Positions 1-12,301 of a stretch of 64,000 nucleotides of DNA are shown here, piece by piece. The DNA lies in NCBI GenBank assembly GCA_964016885.1, contig OZ024741.1, positions 148,924,001-148,988,000 of the forward strand, in the 5' to 3' direction. This DNA comes from Eledone cirrhosa. Taxonomy: Eukaryota. The translations under genes and the position numbers were made by a program. The notes under the pieces were generated by a model. The model was not told the origin of the DNA and searched no databases. It saw nothing but the letters and a program-made list of their open reading frames with translations. The stretch's first letter is position 1. The number at the start of each line of letters is the position of its first letter.

Positions 1-38
1 ATTATATATATATATATATATATATTAAAATAACATTA

Positions 39-88
39 ATTTAAGCAAAGATTTGCTGCTTTCCCTCTTAACGGGATCTTCTGAAACT
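39..88 (-). ncRNA. Type I hammerhead-like motif, CAGAAGA-core family (degenerate copy)
   Basis: Reverse complement reads agttt-CAGAAGA-tcccgttaagagg-GAAA-gcagcaaatctttgc-TT-aaatt; same family as 1431, 6785 and 38928. Confidence 0.55.
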
Positions 89-187
89 AAAAAAATCAAT
101 CTGTGAACGCAGAAGTAAATATTTCCAAAAACGTTACACACACACACTATATATATATAGTGTGTGTAACGTTTTTCGAAATATTTA

Positions 188-239
<52 letters not shown>

Positions 240-475
240 GCTACGTCATAATGTCGTAATGCAGACATACAGACATATTATAAGGGCGCAACGTTATATC
301 TATGTATCTATCTAAAAAGAGAATCGTCTAATACGGTCCGTAGGCATTGAAAATTTGCTCAAAACACTCACAGGACCATAAGTATTACATGTGTAAAGTT
401 TGGAAACAGTCGGTTGGGTGGTTCTCGAGTTTTAGTGATCTGACAGACGGACATTTTCTGTTTTAGATATATAGA
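240..475 (-). mobile_element. Non-autonomous Helitron 5' fragment
   Basis: Clearly homologous to about 2850-3139; minus strand begins TCTATAT. Confidence 0.6.
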
Positions 476-689
476 CTAGCAGAAAACCACCCGGTGGGTG
501 GTTTTCTGCTAGTCGATATATATTTAACACAAACACAGACACACACACACATACATATATATATATACACCCATGTTCATATTTTGAGATGCATTATTCT
601 CAAATCAGATTATTATCTCTGACAGGAAGAACCAGTTTATAATTTTTAAGAAAAATTAAGCATACAGACATATTTTAGGAAACTTATGA

Positions 690-1050
690 ATTCCTGTACA
701 CACACACACAAACACTTACACAGATACACACGCACAGACAGACACACACGCATACAGACACATACGCTAACACACACATACCATACACACACTCATACAT
801 ACGCACATATGCACACACGCTAACACACACATACACACGCACATACACACTTAAACCTATATATATGTATATATATAGAGAGACACACATAATATACATA
901 TATAATATATATATATATTATATATACACACACACACACACACATATAACACACACACACATATATAACACACACACGCACACACATATAATACACACAC
1001 ACACACACGCATACACACACATATAACACACACACACATATATATATATA
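690..1050. repeat. Compound (CA)n/(TA)n microsatellite
   Basis: Direct reading. Confidence 0.95.
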
Positions 1051-1368
1051 TGCTCAGCCCCAGTGAGATGGTTAAAACACCAAAAGTCAGTCTTAAAGTT
1101 GTCTGTAAATTCAAAGAATTCGGCTGTGTCTGGCTAGATCTCCATGGTAACTACTCCAAGGTCGCGCGTGCCATGGCTGGGAACGCAGGTGTCACGTGCT
1201 GGCCTAGAACGCTGGTTGTTGGAATCAGTGGTCGACGACATAACATATATATTATATGTGTGTGGAATAGTATAAATATTTCTTCGTATTTACTAACATA
1301 TATATATATATATTATATATTATATATACATACATTATATATATATTATTAATATATTACATACGTAC

Positions 1369-1414
<46 letters not shown>

Positions 1415-1430
1415 TAAAATAAAATATTAA

Positions 1431-1481
1431 AGTTTAAGCAAAGAATCGCTGCTTTCACCCTTAATGGGATCTTCTGAAACT
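1431..1481 (-). ncRNA. Type I hammerhead-like motif, CAGAAGA-core family
   Basis: Reverse complement agttt-CAGAAGA-tCCCattaaGGGt-GAAA-GCAgcgattcttTGC-TT-aaact: stems I, II and III all pair. Confidence 0.7.
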
Positions 1482-1486
1482 AACCA

Positions 1487-1522
<36 letters not shown>

Positions 1523-1714
1523 CTGGTGATTTCTCAAGAATAAAACAGTTCTAGTCTATATATATATTACACACACAGAAATGTATATATATTTCTTAGA
1601 ACAAAATTATTATTGATGTTTTGCTGTTCATAACAATTGGAATTGAAAAATTACTTTTGAAATTATTAGTTATTTTACTAATGCTTAGATATGTAAAAAT
1701 GAAGCAATGTTTCT

Positions 1715-1908
1715 AATAATTGTTTCTACTTTTGGCACAAGGCCAGCAATTACCCAGTACATTACTGGTACTTTATTTTATCGATCCCGTGAGGATGAAA
1801 GGCAAAGTTAACCTCGGCGGTATTTGAACTCAGACCGTAAAGGGACGTAACTCCATGCTATGAAGCATGGTGTCCGACTCTCTACAGATTCTGCCAATCC
1901 ACCGCCCT
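1715..1908 (-). mobile_element. tRNA-derived SINE with GCCTTTCATCC..GTCGATAAAATAAAGTACCAG central domain (MetaSINE-like)
   Basis: B-box GAGTTCAAAT on the minus strand; homologous to the + copies at 4211-4573. Confidence 0.75.
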
Positions 1909-2203
1909 AATGTCTGTACTTAATGAGGGAGTGAGAGGGGAGAGAAAGAAAGGCAGAGGTGAAGTGACGAAGTGACTCTCACCTCCTCCTCCATCTCCCC
2001 ATTCGTCACAGCGATAGAGGGGAGAAATGTTAGTGTGTTACAAAGAGAAAGAGTGAGAGAAACAGACAGACTAAAAGAGAGGGATAGCTGGAGAGAGAGA
2101 TAGCAACCACGCGCGCACGTGTTTCCACTGTCGGACAGACAGACAGAGAAATTGCTGGTTATATATTATAAGGAGATAAATTAACGATTTTATTTATTAT
2201 ATA

Positions 2204-3139
2204 CTAGCAGTGGTACCCGACGTTGCACGGGATAAGGTATTTTGGAACGCGGGCCGCCAACAGACCTAATCGTGGAAAAACTGCATGCCTGGACAATATG
2301 TAAAGAAAATAAACCGAATACTCTGATGGCTGAATAATCTTTAAGATTTTCCTCGATGAAGCAGGAAAAATGCAGGTTTTCACCTAATGTGGGCCCTAGG
2401 GGGTCAAGAAAATGAATTTTTTTAATGTCAATAATATGCCTTGAAATTTCGGGAAAATCAGCTAGACGTAACGCTCATAAAAGCCCTAAAAAGCTGGAAA
2501 AAAAAGAAGTTTTTCACCTAGGCCAAAAAAAGAAGTTTTTCACTAGGCCAAAAAAAAGTTGGATTTTCTTTGCTCACGGTATGAAGAAGAGACTGACTAA
2601 TACATAGTTACAATTTCAAAGAAATCAGTCTAACGTAACGCCTCAAAAAAGCCCTAAAAACCTGAAATAACGCAGTTTTCACCTAATGCTTGTAGGCGAT
2701 CAAAAAGTTGAATTTTTAATGTGCATAACACTCACTGAAGCATAAGTAACACGCAAGTAAAGTTTGAAAAAAGTTGGTTGGGTACTTCTCGAGTTTTAGG
2801 GACTCAAACTCACACACACACACATAGAGACAGACATCCTGGGGGAAGTGATGTAATGCAGACAGTCAGACATACAGACAGATATTATAAGGGCGCGACG
2901 TTATATGTATGTATCTATCTAAAAAGAGAAGGACTAAGAATTATAGAGAGCGGTCGGTAAATCGCTTAATGCGGACCCTAGGGCATTGAAAATTTGAAAT
3001 TTATTTTTGCTCAGAACACTCCCTGAAGCATAAGTACTACATGTGTAAAGTTTGAAAACTGACGGTTGGGTGCTTCTCGAGTTTTAGGGATTCAAACTCA
3101 CACACACACGGACAGACATGCTCAGTTTATATATATAGA
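2204..3139 (-). mobile_element. Non-autonomous Helitron, apparently complete
   Basis: Minus strand starts A|TCTATATATATAAA and ends with a CCCG..CGGG hairpin then CTAG|T. Internal duplicated blocks; partial second copy at 240-475. Confidence 0.75.
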
Positions 3140-3694
3140 TTATTTACAATTTGCTTGTAGGTAGGTCTCTCTGGAAATAGGGGTGGGGGCGCTGAGGGTA
3201 TTACGTGGCCGTGAAGGGGGCAGTGTCCCAAAAGTTTGAGAACTTCTTATTTAATCGAATGCGGAGACAAAAGAAAGTCGAACTCAGAATGTAAAGAACT
3301 GGGAGAAGTAGCACAATGTATTTTGTCCTACACTCTAGTGACTCTACCACTCTTTTCAGCAACACGACGTTAATCATAACACTAAAAACAACCACATTGT
3401 CAACTTATTGACAACTGTATTAAGATCAACGATAGCAACATTATCAACAACAACAACAATAACCAGACTATTATCCAGACTTCATCTTCCCGAAGGACAT
3501 ATTTTCACTCGCCCATCCTTACATAGCTTTTTTAAAGGCGCAGGCCGACGCTGCACAGGAAATAAGTGAAATACTTTGATCAATGGGAGTGGAAGAAAGA
3601 CAATTATTATTATTTTATTTGTTTATTTATTATTACTGACACAGGCTTATTCTTACAAGTGGGAGAAAATAGTCATAACTGCTTAGTATAGTAG

Positions 3695-3837
3695 TTTATA
3701 TATAGTTGACAACTGCTTGAGATCATTCGGACACAAATTTCATAGAAAGTTTTTCTGTTTATTTCATTCTGTATGACACGCGTGGGTGACTTGATGTCGC
3801 GATCGATACGAAAGAAAATCAGCTGAAAAAGGTAAGT
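3695..3837 (+). promoter_or_regulatory. Candidate Pol II core promoter plus short non-coding first exon
   Basis: TTTATATATAG at 3695-3705, Inr-like TCATTC at 3723-3728, consensus donor AAG|GTAAGT at 3829-3837, in a locally CpG-enriched, apparently non-repeat patch. Confidence 0.3.
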
Positions 3838-4210
3838 TAAATAATCTGTAGCTATTGTTTAGAGCGGCTGTGGGGAAATTAGCGGCCTTCTGAAAGAACT
3901 ACAACATTCGATGTCAAACATATATATTCAAGTATTTTTAATGTCTGTTTAATGTCTATCTTTTCAAATAATATTGACTCGTAGGAGAAAAAAAACAAAA
4001 CACGCGAGTACAAATGTGTTAACTTCTCACCTTAAACTTGTTAATAACAACCTCTAAATTGTGAAGACATAAGGAAGAAGAAAAACTGAATAGATAAGTG
4101 TACATATATTGTATGTATATATATCAGTGGCAGTTAGTGGGTCGAACTAACTGAGCTGTAGTCATGAGCATCACAGTATTTAAAGGGCTCCAAATTATTA
4201 TTATTTATAT

Positions 4211-4573
4211 AGGGCGATGGATAGGGAAGTATCGGTAGAGCATCGGACACCATGCTTCGCAGCATAGAGTTACATCCCTTTATGTTCTGAGTTAAAATCA
4301 CGTCGAAGTTAGCTTTGCCTTTCATCCATACGGGTCGATATAATAAAGCACCAGTAACGATTTAATCGACTTTCCCCTCCCCCCAAATTGTTGGATTTGT
4401 GGTAGAGGGTCGGACGCCATGCTTTGACGCATAGAGTTACGGCCCTTGCCATTCTGAGTTCAAATCCCGCCGAAGTTAACTTTGCCTTTCATCCTTACAG
4501 GGTCGATAAAATAAAGTACCAGTAATGCGCTGAGATAATTGCTGGCCTTGTGCCAAAAAGTAGAAACAATTAT
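4211..4573 (+). mobile_element. Two adjacent copies of the MetaSINE-like tRNA SINE
   Basis: Repeated ggtagag..cggac.ccatgct..gagttcaaatccc..gcctttcatcc..gggtcgata block; tail ggccttgtgcc..tagaaacaattat. Confidence 0.75.
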
Positions 4574-4994
4574 TTATATAATTTATCTTTGAGGAGGGGT
4601 GCGATTTCACCATATATTAAATATATATTGGTGACAAATTTACTTATGTATGATATACATATATTATATATATCATCACCACCGTTTAACGTCCATTTTT
4701 CTACGCTAGCATGGGTTGGACGAGTTGTCTGCTGTGAAACAAGCTAGATCAGATGATCATGTATTGCTCTTACAAAACTGTTTCAGGCATCGTTTCTATG
4801 GATGGATGCCCTTCCTAATGCCAACCACAACCAGTGGACCAATCATGCTCAAACTTGGCTGTGAGTTCCTAAGATTCAGGAATAGGTTTTTCTCACTGAA
4901 ATTAATGCATGCAAGATTTCACAGCTCTAGCATCACTTCTTCATAGTCAGCCTATGAACTTTTCAGACTATCTCCACATATATATATATATGTG

Positions 4995-5468
4995 TGAATG
5001 TATGTATAGTATATTTAGCAATATACTGTATGTTTAATTTAAAACATTTAGAAGACCATACGCTATCAGTTTTAAAGTATTGACTATGTCACTTACTTCG
5101 TTTCGGCGAAAGAAGGGAGAGAAGCTGACAATCTGTTTCATGTTGGTTGCCGTTCATCAGAGCTACGTACTCCCCTGCTTTCGCTGAAAATTATAGAAGC
5201 TGGATTCTTATAGAATTCCAGTAATAATCAGGAGCTGATTATACAGAGCTATTGCCGGTCCAGCAAAAATTAGGTATTAAGATTGGTGCTCTGAAATAGC
5301 GATGTATACATGAATGTATGTATGGTATATTTGGCAATATACCGTATGTTTAATTAAAAACATTTAGAAGACCATACGGTATCAGTTTTAAAGTAGTGAC
5401 TATGTCACTTACTTCTTTTCGCCAAAAGAAGGGAGAGAAGCTGACAGTCTGTTTCACGCTGGTTGGTG

Positions 5469-5472
<4 letters not shown>
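4995..5472 (-). mobile_element. Retrozyme-like tandem repeat (316-bp unit, 1.5 copies) with hammerhead
   Basis: Unit restarts at 4995 and 5311; HHR at 5123-5164; flanked by (TA)n. Confidence 0.65.
5123..5164 (-). ncRNA. Type I hammerhead ribozyme
   Basis: Reverse complement agct-CTGATGA-acggcaaccaacat-GAAA-cagattGTC-agct; stem II is weak. Confidence 0.65.
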
Positions 5473-5506
<34 letters not shown>

Positions 5507-5507
<1 letters not shown>

Positions 5508-5545
5508 TAGCTGAGGTACCTAGCTTCGCCAAGGTTAACAAATGA
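5507..5545 (-). mobile_element. Helitron-like 3' terminus
   Basis: a|CTAG followed by a cct.g..c.agg hairpin, same layout as 2204. Confidence 0.45.
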
Positions 5546-5599
5546 TAAGAGAAGACCGGCAGAAAAGAAAACGTCTGTATTGAATGCATTGTCTTGTTT

Positions 5600-5698
5600 A
5601 TAGTGTGTGTGTATCGTGTGTGTGTGAGTGTGTGTGTGTGTGTGTATGTATGTTTGTGTGTGTTTGTGTATATATATATATGTGAGTGTTCGTGTGTC

Positions 5699-5755
<57 letters not shown>

Positions 5756-5780
5756 ATGTGTGTGTGTGTGTGTGTGTGTA

Positions 5781-5811
<31 letters not shown>

Positions 5812-5888
5812 GTGTGTGTCTGTGCCTGTGTGTGTGTGTATATATGTGTGTGTGTCTGTGCCTGTGCCTGTGCATGTGTGTGTGTGTA
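5600..5888. repeat. (TG)n/(TA)n microsatellite
   Basis: Direct reading. Confidence 0.95.
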
Positions 5889-6700
5889 ATCCACCGTTGG
5901 AATCGGAGACATAGGCCGCGAAACACGATCATACCTGATAACAAACTCGCAGAGCGAATCCCTTATAGTTGATTCCCAACCTACTAGAAATAGCAGTCAG
6001 GTTGGTTAGCATACGTGGTATGTCTTTCTTCTTCTTTGGTGTTATAAAATTAGTATCAATAAACTTTCCTGGATATACTCTTATCCCAATCCTGTACATA
6101 CTTTCCGATTGTCACTTTTCGTTTTTTTCGTGTGATACGCGAAGGAACCAACCAACAAACATCTCTCTTTTATATCTCTTTTATTTGTTCATTCAAAATA
6201 TTTTCCAGCTAATTCTGTCGTACAATATACACCAGCAATCGTTATCTAATGTTTAAAACATATGAATAGCTGCGATATATGCACCATATCAATCAAAAAC
6301 GATATGAGAACTGAATACCATATTAAAGCGCCAGTAAGCTTGCTAAGAACCTGCAGATAGAAATGTTAATAAATACATTTGCCTTGGGTAAACTTTAAGA
6401 TGTTCTTTCATTGTAGGTTTCTTTTCTCCTTCTCTCCTTCCTCTCCTCTTCCTTAGCTCACCCTAGAGCATCCTACATACAATTGACTATGGTTTTCTCA
6501 GATGAAGGCCAACCACTTTTAAGGTTTGACCCTGTTGCTCTAGTAACATTTTTCCTTCTGGAAAATCTGATCTTGCGGCCAGGCTAGGACTTTTTGGGTG
6601 GCATATCGGCAGTAACAATGACAATAAGCCGCCTGTGCTTTCGTGAAATAAATAAGTTTATTTATATTTTGTTTTTGTGTATGCAAAAATATCTGTACAC

Positions 6701-6776
<76 letters not shown>

Positions 6777-6784
6777 CAGATTAA

Positions 6785-6835
6785 AGTTTAAGCAAAGAAT
6801 CGCTGCTTTCACCCTTAACACGATCTTCTGAAACT
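6785..6835 (-). ncRNA. Type I hammerhead-like motif, CAGAAGA-core family
   Basis: Homologous to 1431-1481; element 3' end runs into (TA)n at about 6768. Confidence 0.6.
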
Positions 6836-7269
6836 AAAAAATCAATCTGTGAACGCAGAAGTAAATATTTCGAAAAACGTTGCAAACGAAAGAAAACAGG
6901 AAGATGATACTTTGGTTCGTGAAGATGTTAAGAATGTCGTATAACCGGAAGTGTTGACATTTGAGAATTTTAAAGAAGTGAATATTTAAATAATGTCTTT
7001 AATCTTTTAACAAAATGCAGTAGACGAAAATACCCTCACTTTCTTACTTCGAAAATGTTACATCTATGGTGCAAATTTGATGCTGTTTGGTCCAGCCGCA
7101 TGGCAGAAAGTTTGTTACTTACATACGGCCATCAGCTTTATAGCATAGAGATATATATATATATATGTGTGTGTATATATATATATATATATAACAAAGA
7201 ATGTGTGGTAAGATACCAGGTGGACCATATATGTATGTATATATATATATATGTGTGTGTGTATATAGG

Positions 7270-7850
7270 AATTAGCAGCAGAGGTGGGTGTTCTGAATGT
7301 ACAGTAACCAGGGTAAGAACGGGATGGAAGAAGTTCAGGGAGCTACTACCACTGCTAGCTGCAAAAGGCTTTTCCCTCAAAATGAAAGGCAGACTGTATG
7401 ATGCGTGTATCCGAACATCAATGTTACATGGTAATGAGACCTGGTAGATTAGAAAGAAACAAAGCTTGCATGCTCCGATGGATGTATAATAGTAATATAC
7501 GTGAACGGTAAAGCATAAATGAATTGAGAGCGAGACTGAGCATAAGAGGAATCAAATGCTGCGTGCTGGAGAGGAGGTTGCATTGGTATGGATATGTGAT
7601 GCGTATGAAGGATGGCAGCTGCATAAAAAGGTGCAGAGCACTAAAAGTCGATGGAAGCCTTAGATTGGGGAAACCCAAGAAGACCTGGGATGAGGTGATA
7701 AAAGCCGACCTTACCCAATTGCACCTCTGAAAGGCGAATACACAGGACCGAGAACTCTGGTGTTACGCGGTAATACAGAAGACCCGACTTCCCACTGGTA
7801 CAAGCCGAAGCTGAAGCATATGACAAGATGCCCCCATCCCACTGCAAAAT
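7270..7850 (+). mobile_element. RTE-clade LINE 3' fragment (RT C-terminus, decayed)
   Basis: [17 protein letters not shown]-type, MLHG.ETW, RRLHWYG.V.RM and KTWDEVIK motifs with stops and frameshifts. Confidence 0.9.
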
Positions 7851-7942
7851 ATGTATATATATATATATATTATATGTATATATATATATATATTATATGT
7901 ATATATATATATTATATGTATATATAGATATTATACGTATGT

Positions 7943-8280
7943 AGGCACATGGCTTAGTGGTTAGAGCATTGGCTTTGCAATCGAAAGGTTGTGAATTCAA
8001 TTCTCAGACCGGGTGATGTGTTGTTTCCTTGAGCAAGACACTTTATTTCACATTGCTCCAGTTTACTCAGCTGTAGAAATGAGATGATAGAGACTGGGGT
8101 CCATATCATTCCACTGCAAAGTGGTCGTGGAGGTGCCACGGCAAAAAAAACACCCAGCACTCACTGTAAATGACGTTGGTGCTAGGAAGGGCATCCAGCT
8201 GTAGAAATCAAGCCAGAATCAGTTCCCGTCCCACCCTTGCAAGCAGGGAAAAGCGGACGTAAAATTGATGATGATGATGA
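7943..8280 (+). mobile_element. tRNA-derived SINE with RTE-derived tail
   Basis: A box TGGCTTAGTGG, B box GTGAATTCAATTC, CCTTGAGCAAGACACTT core, (GAT)n tail; other copies at 10905, 25878 and 38494. Confidence 0.9.
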
Positions 8281-8454
8281 TATATATATATATTGTATCA
8301 TCATCTTCGTTTAATGTCCATCTTCCATGCTAGCATGGGTTAGACATCATGTATATATATATATATATTTATTATATATGCATATATATATATATATGCA
8401 TATATATATGTATATATATATATATATATATTTATTATATATATATATATATCT

Positions 8455-8770
8455 ATCAAGTAAGAATATTTTCGAAACAGCGAGTGGGTTTGAAATTATT
8501 AGAAATGTAAGCTATCGCCGTATTTTGACTAAAGAAATTAAAGAAATTATTTAGCCTGATAGTGGGGTTAAGAACCCTCGGAGAAATGGGAAAATTTGAG
8601 TATTGACGTACATGTACGTCAATACTCATTTTTCCCATTTCTCCGAGGGTTCTTAACCCCACTATCAAGCTAAATAATTTCTTTAATTTCTTTAGTCAAA
8701 ATACGGCGATAGCTTACATTTCTAATAATTTCAAACCCACTCGCTGTTTCGAAAATATTCTTACTTGATA
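8455..8770. repeat. Near-perfect 316-bp palindrome (fold-back) between (TA)n tracts
   Basis: Arms are reverse complements around GACGTACA|TGTACGTC at 8612/8613, with very few mismatches. Confidence 0.95.
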
Positions 8771-8826
8771 TATATATATATATATATATATAATAAATAT
8801 ATATATATATATATACATATATATAT

Positions 8827-10250
8827 AGTGGCTTATTTTTCTCTAAGAACCTCTCTTGCAATTGTCTCACCAAGAAGAGGGCATCTGTTGTACTCTTCCC
8901 AGGCACAAAACCAAACTGCATCTCATCTAGTTTGACCCTTTCTCTAATTAGTTGTGCTAATATCCTTTCTGCCACTTTCATAACCTGATTCATCAGTTTT
9001 ATACCCCTATAATTGCTCCTCTCCAGAGCATCCCCTTTACCTTTGTAGCAATTTATGAGAATACTGCTGCACCAGTCTTTGGGTATGACACCACCATATA
9101 TAGCCTGATTGATGATGCGTGCAACCAGTTTAGTGCCTACGTCCCCTGATGCCTTCAGCATCTCAGCAACTATTCCCGATGGTCCAGCAACCTTACCATT
9201 TTTCATTTCCCTAATCGCCTCTTGGACCCTATATTCGTCAATCTCAATAGCTGGTCCCTCTGTCGGATCTACTAAGGGTAATTTCTCTCTCTCCCATTCG
9301 TTCTCCACATTCATCAGTCTCTCATAATGACATTTCTAGGCCTCCTTTTTCTGATCATTTGTGACACTAAATACACCGGCATCATCCCGGACACATTTAT
9401 CTCCAACAACATCCTGATTTGCATTGACACACTGCCTTGCAATGTGGAACACCGCACGCCTCTGATCTTCCCGTCGCAGAACATTGGCAAACCTCCTACT
9501 CTCCGCCTGCCTGCGTGCTAAGTACACCTGACGTCTAGCTTCTCTCTTAGTGGCTGTATATTCTTCCCTTCTCCCACCCTTTTTCCAAGCCTTCCATGCT
9601 AGTCTTTTGTCTCTAATGGCCTTATCTACTGTGCTGTTCCACCACCAGGTCACTCTCTGTCTGGTTGGAGCTCTGCTCCAGCCACAAGTTTCATCAGTAG
9701 CCTGCAGCAAGTTGTCACGTAAGAAATTTCAGTTATTATCTATGTCATACGTCTCTAAATCGACTTCTTTTTCGTCATATACATCTTGAAGGGCTTTCCT
9801 AAATTTGTATTTTAGTGAAAGGTCTTTTAGTTTCCAGACCTTTCTTCTCCACACCTTCCTGTATGTCTCATTCCATCTCTTGCTTACTGAGATATCACTA
9901 ACGACTAACCTATGCTGTGGGGTACATTCTTCCCCAGGGTATGCCTTGGTATTAGACACTATCTTCCTGTCCTGCTGCCTAACTAGTAAGAAGTCAATCT
10001 GGCTTATGTGCTCACCAGATTTGTAGGTTATTAGGTGATTGGCAGGTTTCTGGAAGTTTGTGTTGCAAATAGTCAATGTACCTGCATCACAAAATTCAAG
10101 AAGTCTCACTCCTTCTTCATTTCTTGAGCCGTAACCATACCCACCATGTACCCCAGTGTAATCATCCTGGAGCTGTCCAACATGACCATTGAAGTCTCCT
10201 GCTAGCATAACGATGTCTCCGTCCTCTGTCATTGCGGTTGTTTGTAAAAG
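8827..10250 (-). mobile_element. RTE-clade LINE fragment (APE endonuclease C-half, linker, RT N-half)
   Basis: ORFs 9729-10232 (GDFNGHVG, SQIDFLL, QHRLVV), 9336-9710 and 8670-9314 (YKGKGDALE..NYRGIKL, QFGFVPGKSTTDA). Confidence 0.95.
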
Positions 10251-10280
10251 TCCTCTGTCATTGCGGTTGTTTGTAAAAGT

Positions 10281-10678
10281 ATGTATAGTATATTTGGTAA
10301 TATACCGTATGTTTAATTAAAAACATTTTGAAGACCTTGCGCTATTATTTTAAAGTAGTGACTATGTCACTTCTTCAGCAATCGCTCTGTATAATCAGTT
10401 CCTGATTATTACTGGCATTTTATAAGAATCCAGCCTCTATAATTTTCGGCAGAGGTCGGTGAGTACATTGCTCTGAGGAACACCAACAGTATGAAACAGA
10501 ATCTGTCAGCTTCTCTCCCTTCCTTTGCTGAAAACAGAAGTAAATGACATAGTCACTACTTTAAAATGATAGCGTAAGGTCTTCAAAATATTTTTAATCA
10601 AACATACGGTATATTACCAAATATACTATACATACGTTCATGTATACATTGCTATTTCAGAGCACCAACCCTAATTTT
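10281..10678 (+). mobile_element. Second, circularly permuted copy of the 316-nt retrozyme-like unit with an inverted 90-bp segment at its 5' side
   Basis: 10373-10678 is homologous to the reverse complement of 4995-5472; 10281-10372 is an inverted copy of about 10545-10635. Confidence 0.7.
10470..10510 (+). ncRNA. Type I hammerhead ribozyme
   Basis: gct-CTGAGGA-acaccaacagtat-GAAA-CAGAaTCTG-TC-agc. Confidence 0.65.
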
Positions 10679-10700
10679 TAATATATATATATATTTATTA

Positions 10701-10751
<51 letters not shown>

Positions 10752-10761
10752 TTACTATATA

Positions 10762-10835
<74 letters not shown>

Positions 10836-10904
10836 TATATATATATATATATGTGTGTGTGCATATATATATATATTTATTTATTTACTATATATATATA
10901 TTAT

Positions 10905-11352
10905 ATCATCATCATCATCATCATCATCACCATTTTATGTCCATTCTTCCACGCTAGCATGGGTTAGACGGGTTGTCCTGTTGTCGGCAGTGTCCGATCG
11001 GCTGACCTTGTCTTGCTCATATGGAAACTGATTCTGGCTTGATTGCTACAGCTGGATGCCCTTCCTATCACCAACCTCATTTACAGTGAGTGCTGGGTGC
11101 TTTTTTCCGTGGCGCCTACACCTCCACTTTACAGTGTGGGCTGGGTGCTTTTTTGCCGTGGCACCTCGACGACCACTTTGCAGTAGAATGATAGGGACTC
11201 CAGTCCTATCATCTCATTTCTACAGCTGAGTAAACTGGAGCAATGTGAAATAAAGTATCTTGCTCAAGGAAACAACACATCACCCGGTTCGAGAATTGAA
11301 CTCACAACCTTTCGATTGCAAGCCCAACGCTCTATCCACTAAGCCATGCGCC

Positions 11353-11355
<3 letters not shown>
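10905..11355 (-). mobile_element. tRNA-derived SINE with long RTE-derived tail
   Basis: Same head as 7943; tail matches the RTE 3' UTR at about 43495-43761. Confidence 0.9.
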
Positions 11356-11387
<32 letters not shown>

Positions 11388-11392
<5 letters not shown>

Positions 11393-11842
11393 AAAACTTC
11401 AGAGTTGGTACCATGAATGTAGGTACCTTAAAGGGTCGCTCTAACGAGGTTGTAGAGATGCTTGAACGTAAGGAGGTTGATGTTTGCTGTATTCAAGAGA
11501 CCAGGTGGAGGGGTGGGTCTGCTAGATTCATTGTGGGTAAAAAACGATGCTATAAGTTTTTCTGGGTGGGAAATGACAATGGGCTGGGTGGAGTAGGAAT
11601 CATGCTAGTAGAAAAATGGGTAGATAAGATAATAGACGTAAATAGAGTGAACGACAGAATAATTAAAATAAGACTTGTCCTCAATAGAACTACTGTGACA
11701 ATAATATCTGCGTATGCACCCCAACCCGGACTGCCTGGCATTATAAAAGACAGATTCTATTAGTCGTTAATGCTCATTACCTCCCAAATAAACGACAGTG
11801 ACTATATAATTATTGCTGGCAACCTAAATGGTCACGTTGGAC
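11388..11842 (+). mobile_element. RTE LINE APE endonuclease N-terminal fragment
   Basis: RVGTMNVGTL, DVCCIQETRW, GVGIML and ISAYAPQ motifs. Confidence 0.92.
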
Positions 11843-12035
11843 AATATTTGTGTGATTATTAATGGATATATATAGACTGTAAGCAAATATATTTTTTGTT
11901 TTCAAATTGTATTCATAGTGATGGAAGTCAGGTTTGCAGACAATTACTATGTAAGATGAGTCCAGCTATAAAAAGTAACCCAATTTGATGAGAGCTTATG
12001 TTTACTTTGACCAAAGTAATCACAATTATATATAA

Positions 12036-12117
<82 letters not shown>

Positions 12118-12301
12118 TCTGAATTTGTTTAGCAAGATTTTTTATCTGAATACGTGTGTTGAAACCGATATTGTTATACTTTGGGAGGGTCATGTTGCCA
12201 ATAAGAAACACACGCACCAGTTGCTTCCACTTCAATTTATTATGATAAATTTATAAATTTCCGGTTGGTTGGTTCCACAACCAGACGATTGTTTATATAT
12301 T

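Noticed and set aside
1050-1240. GC-richer patch with an HTH-like translation (LSPSEMVKTPKVSLKVVCKFKEFG)
   Set aside because: Too short and degenerate to assign to a Tc1-like transposase without a search.
8552-8595. ctgatag-ggggttaagaaccct-gaaa inside the 316-bp palindrome as a hammerhead
   Set aside because: The core is not CUGANGA and no stem I or III pairing was found.
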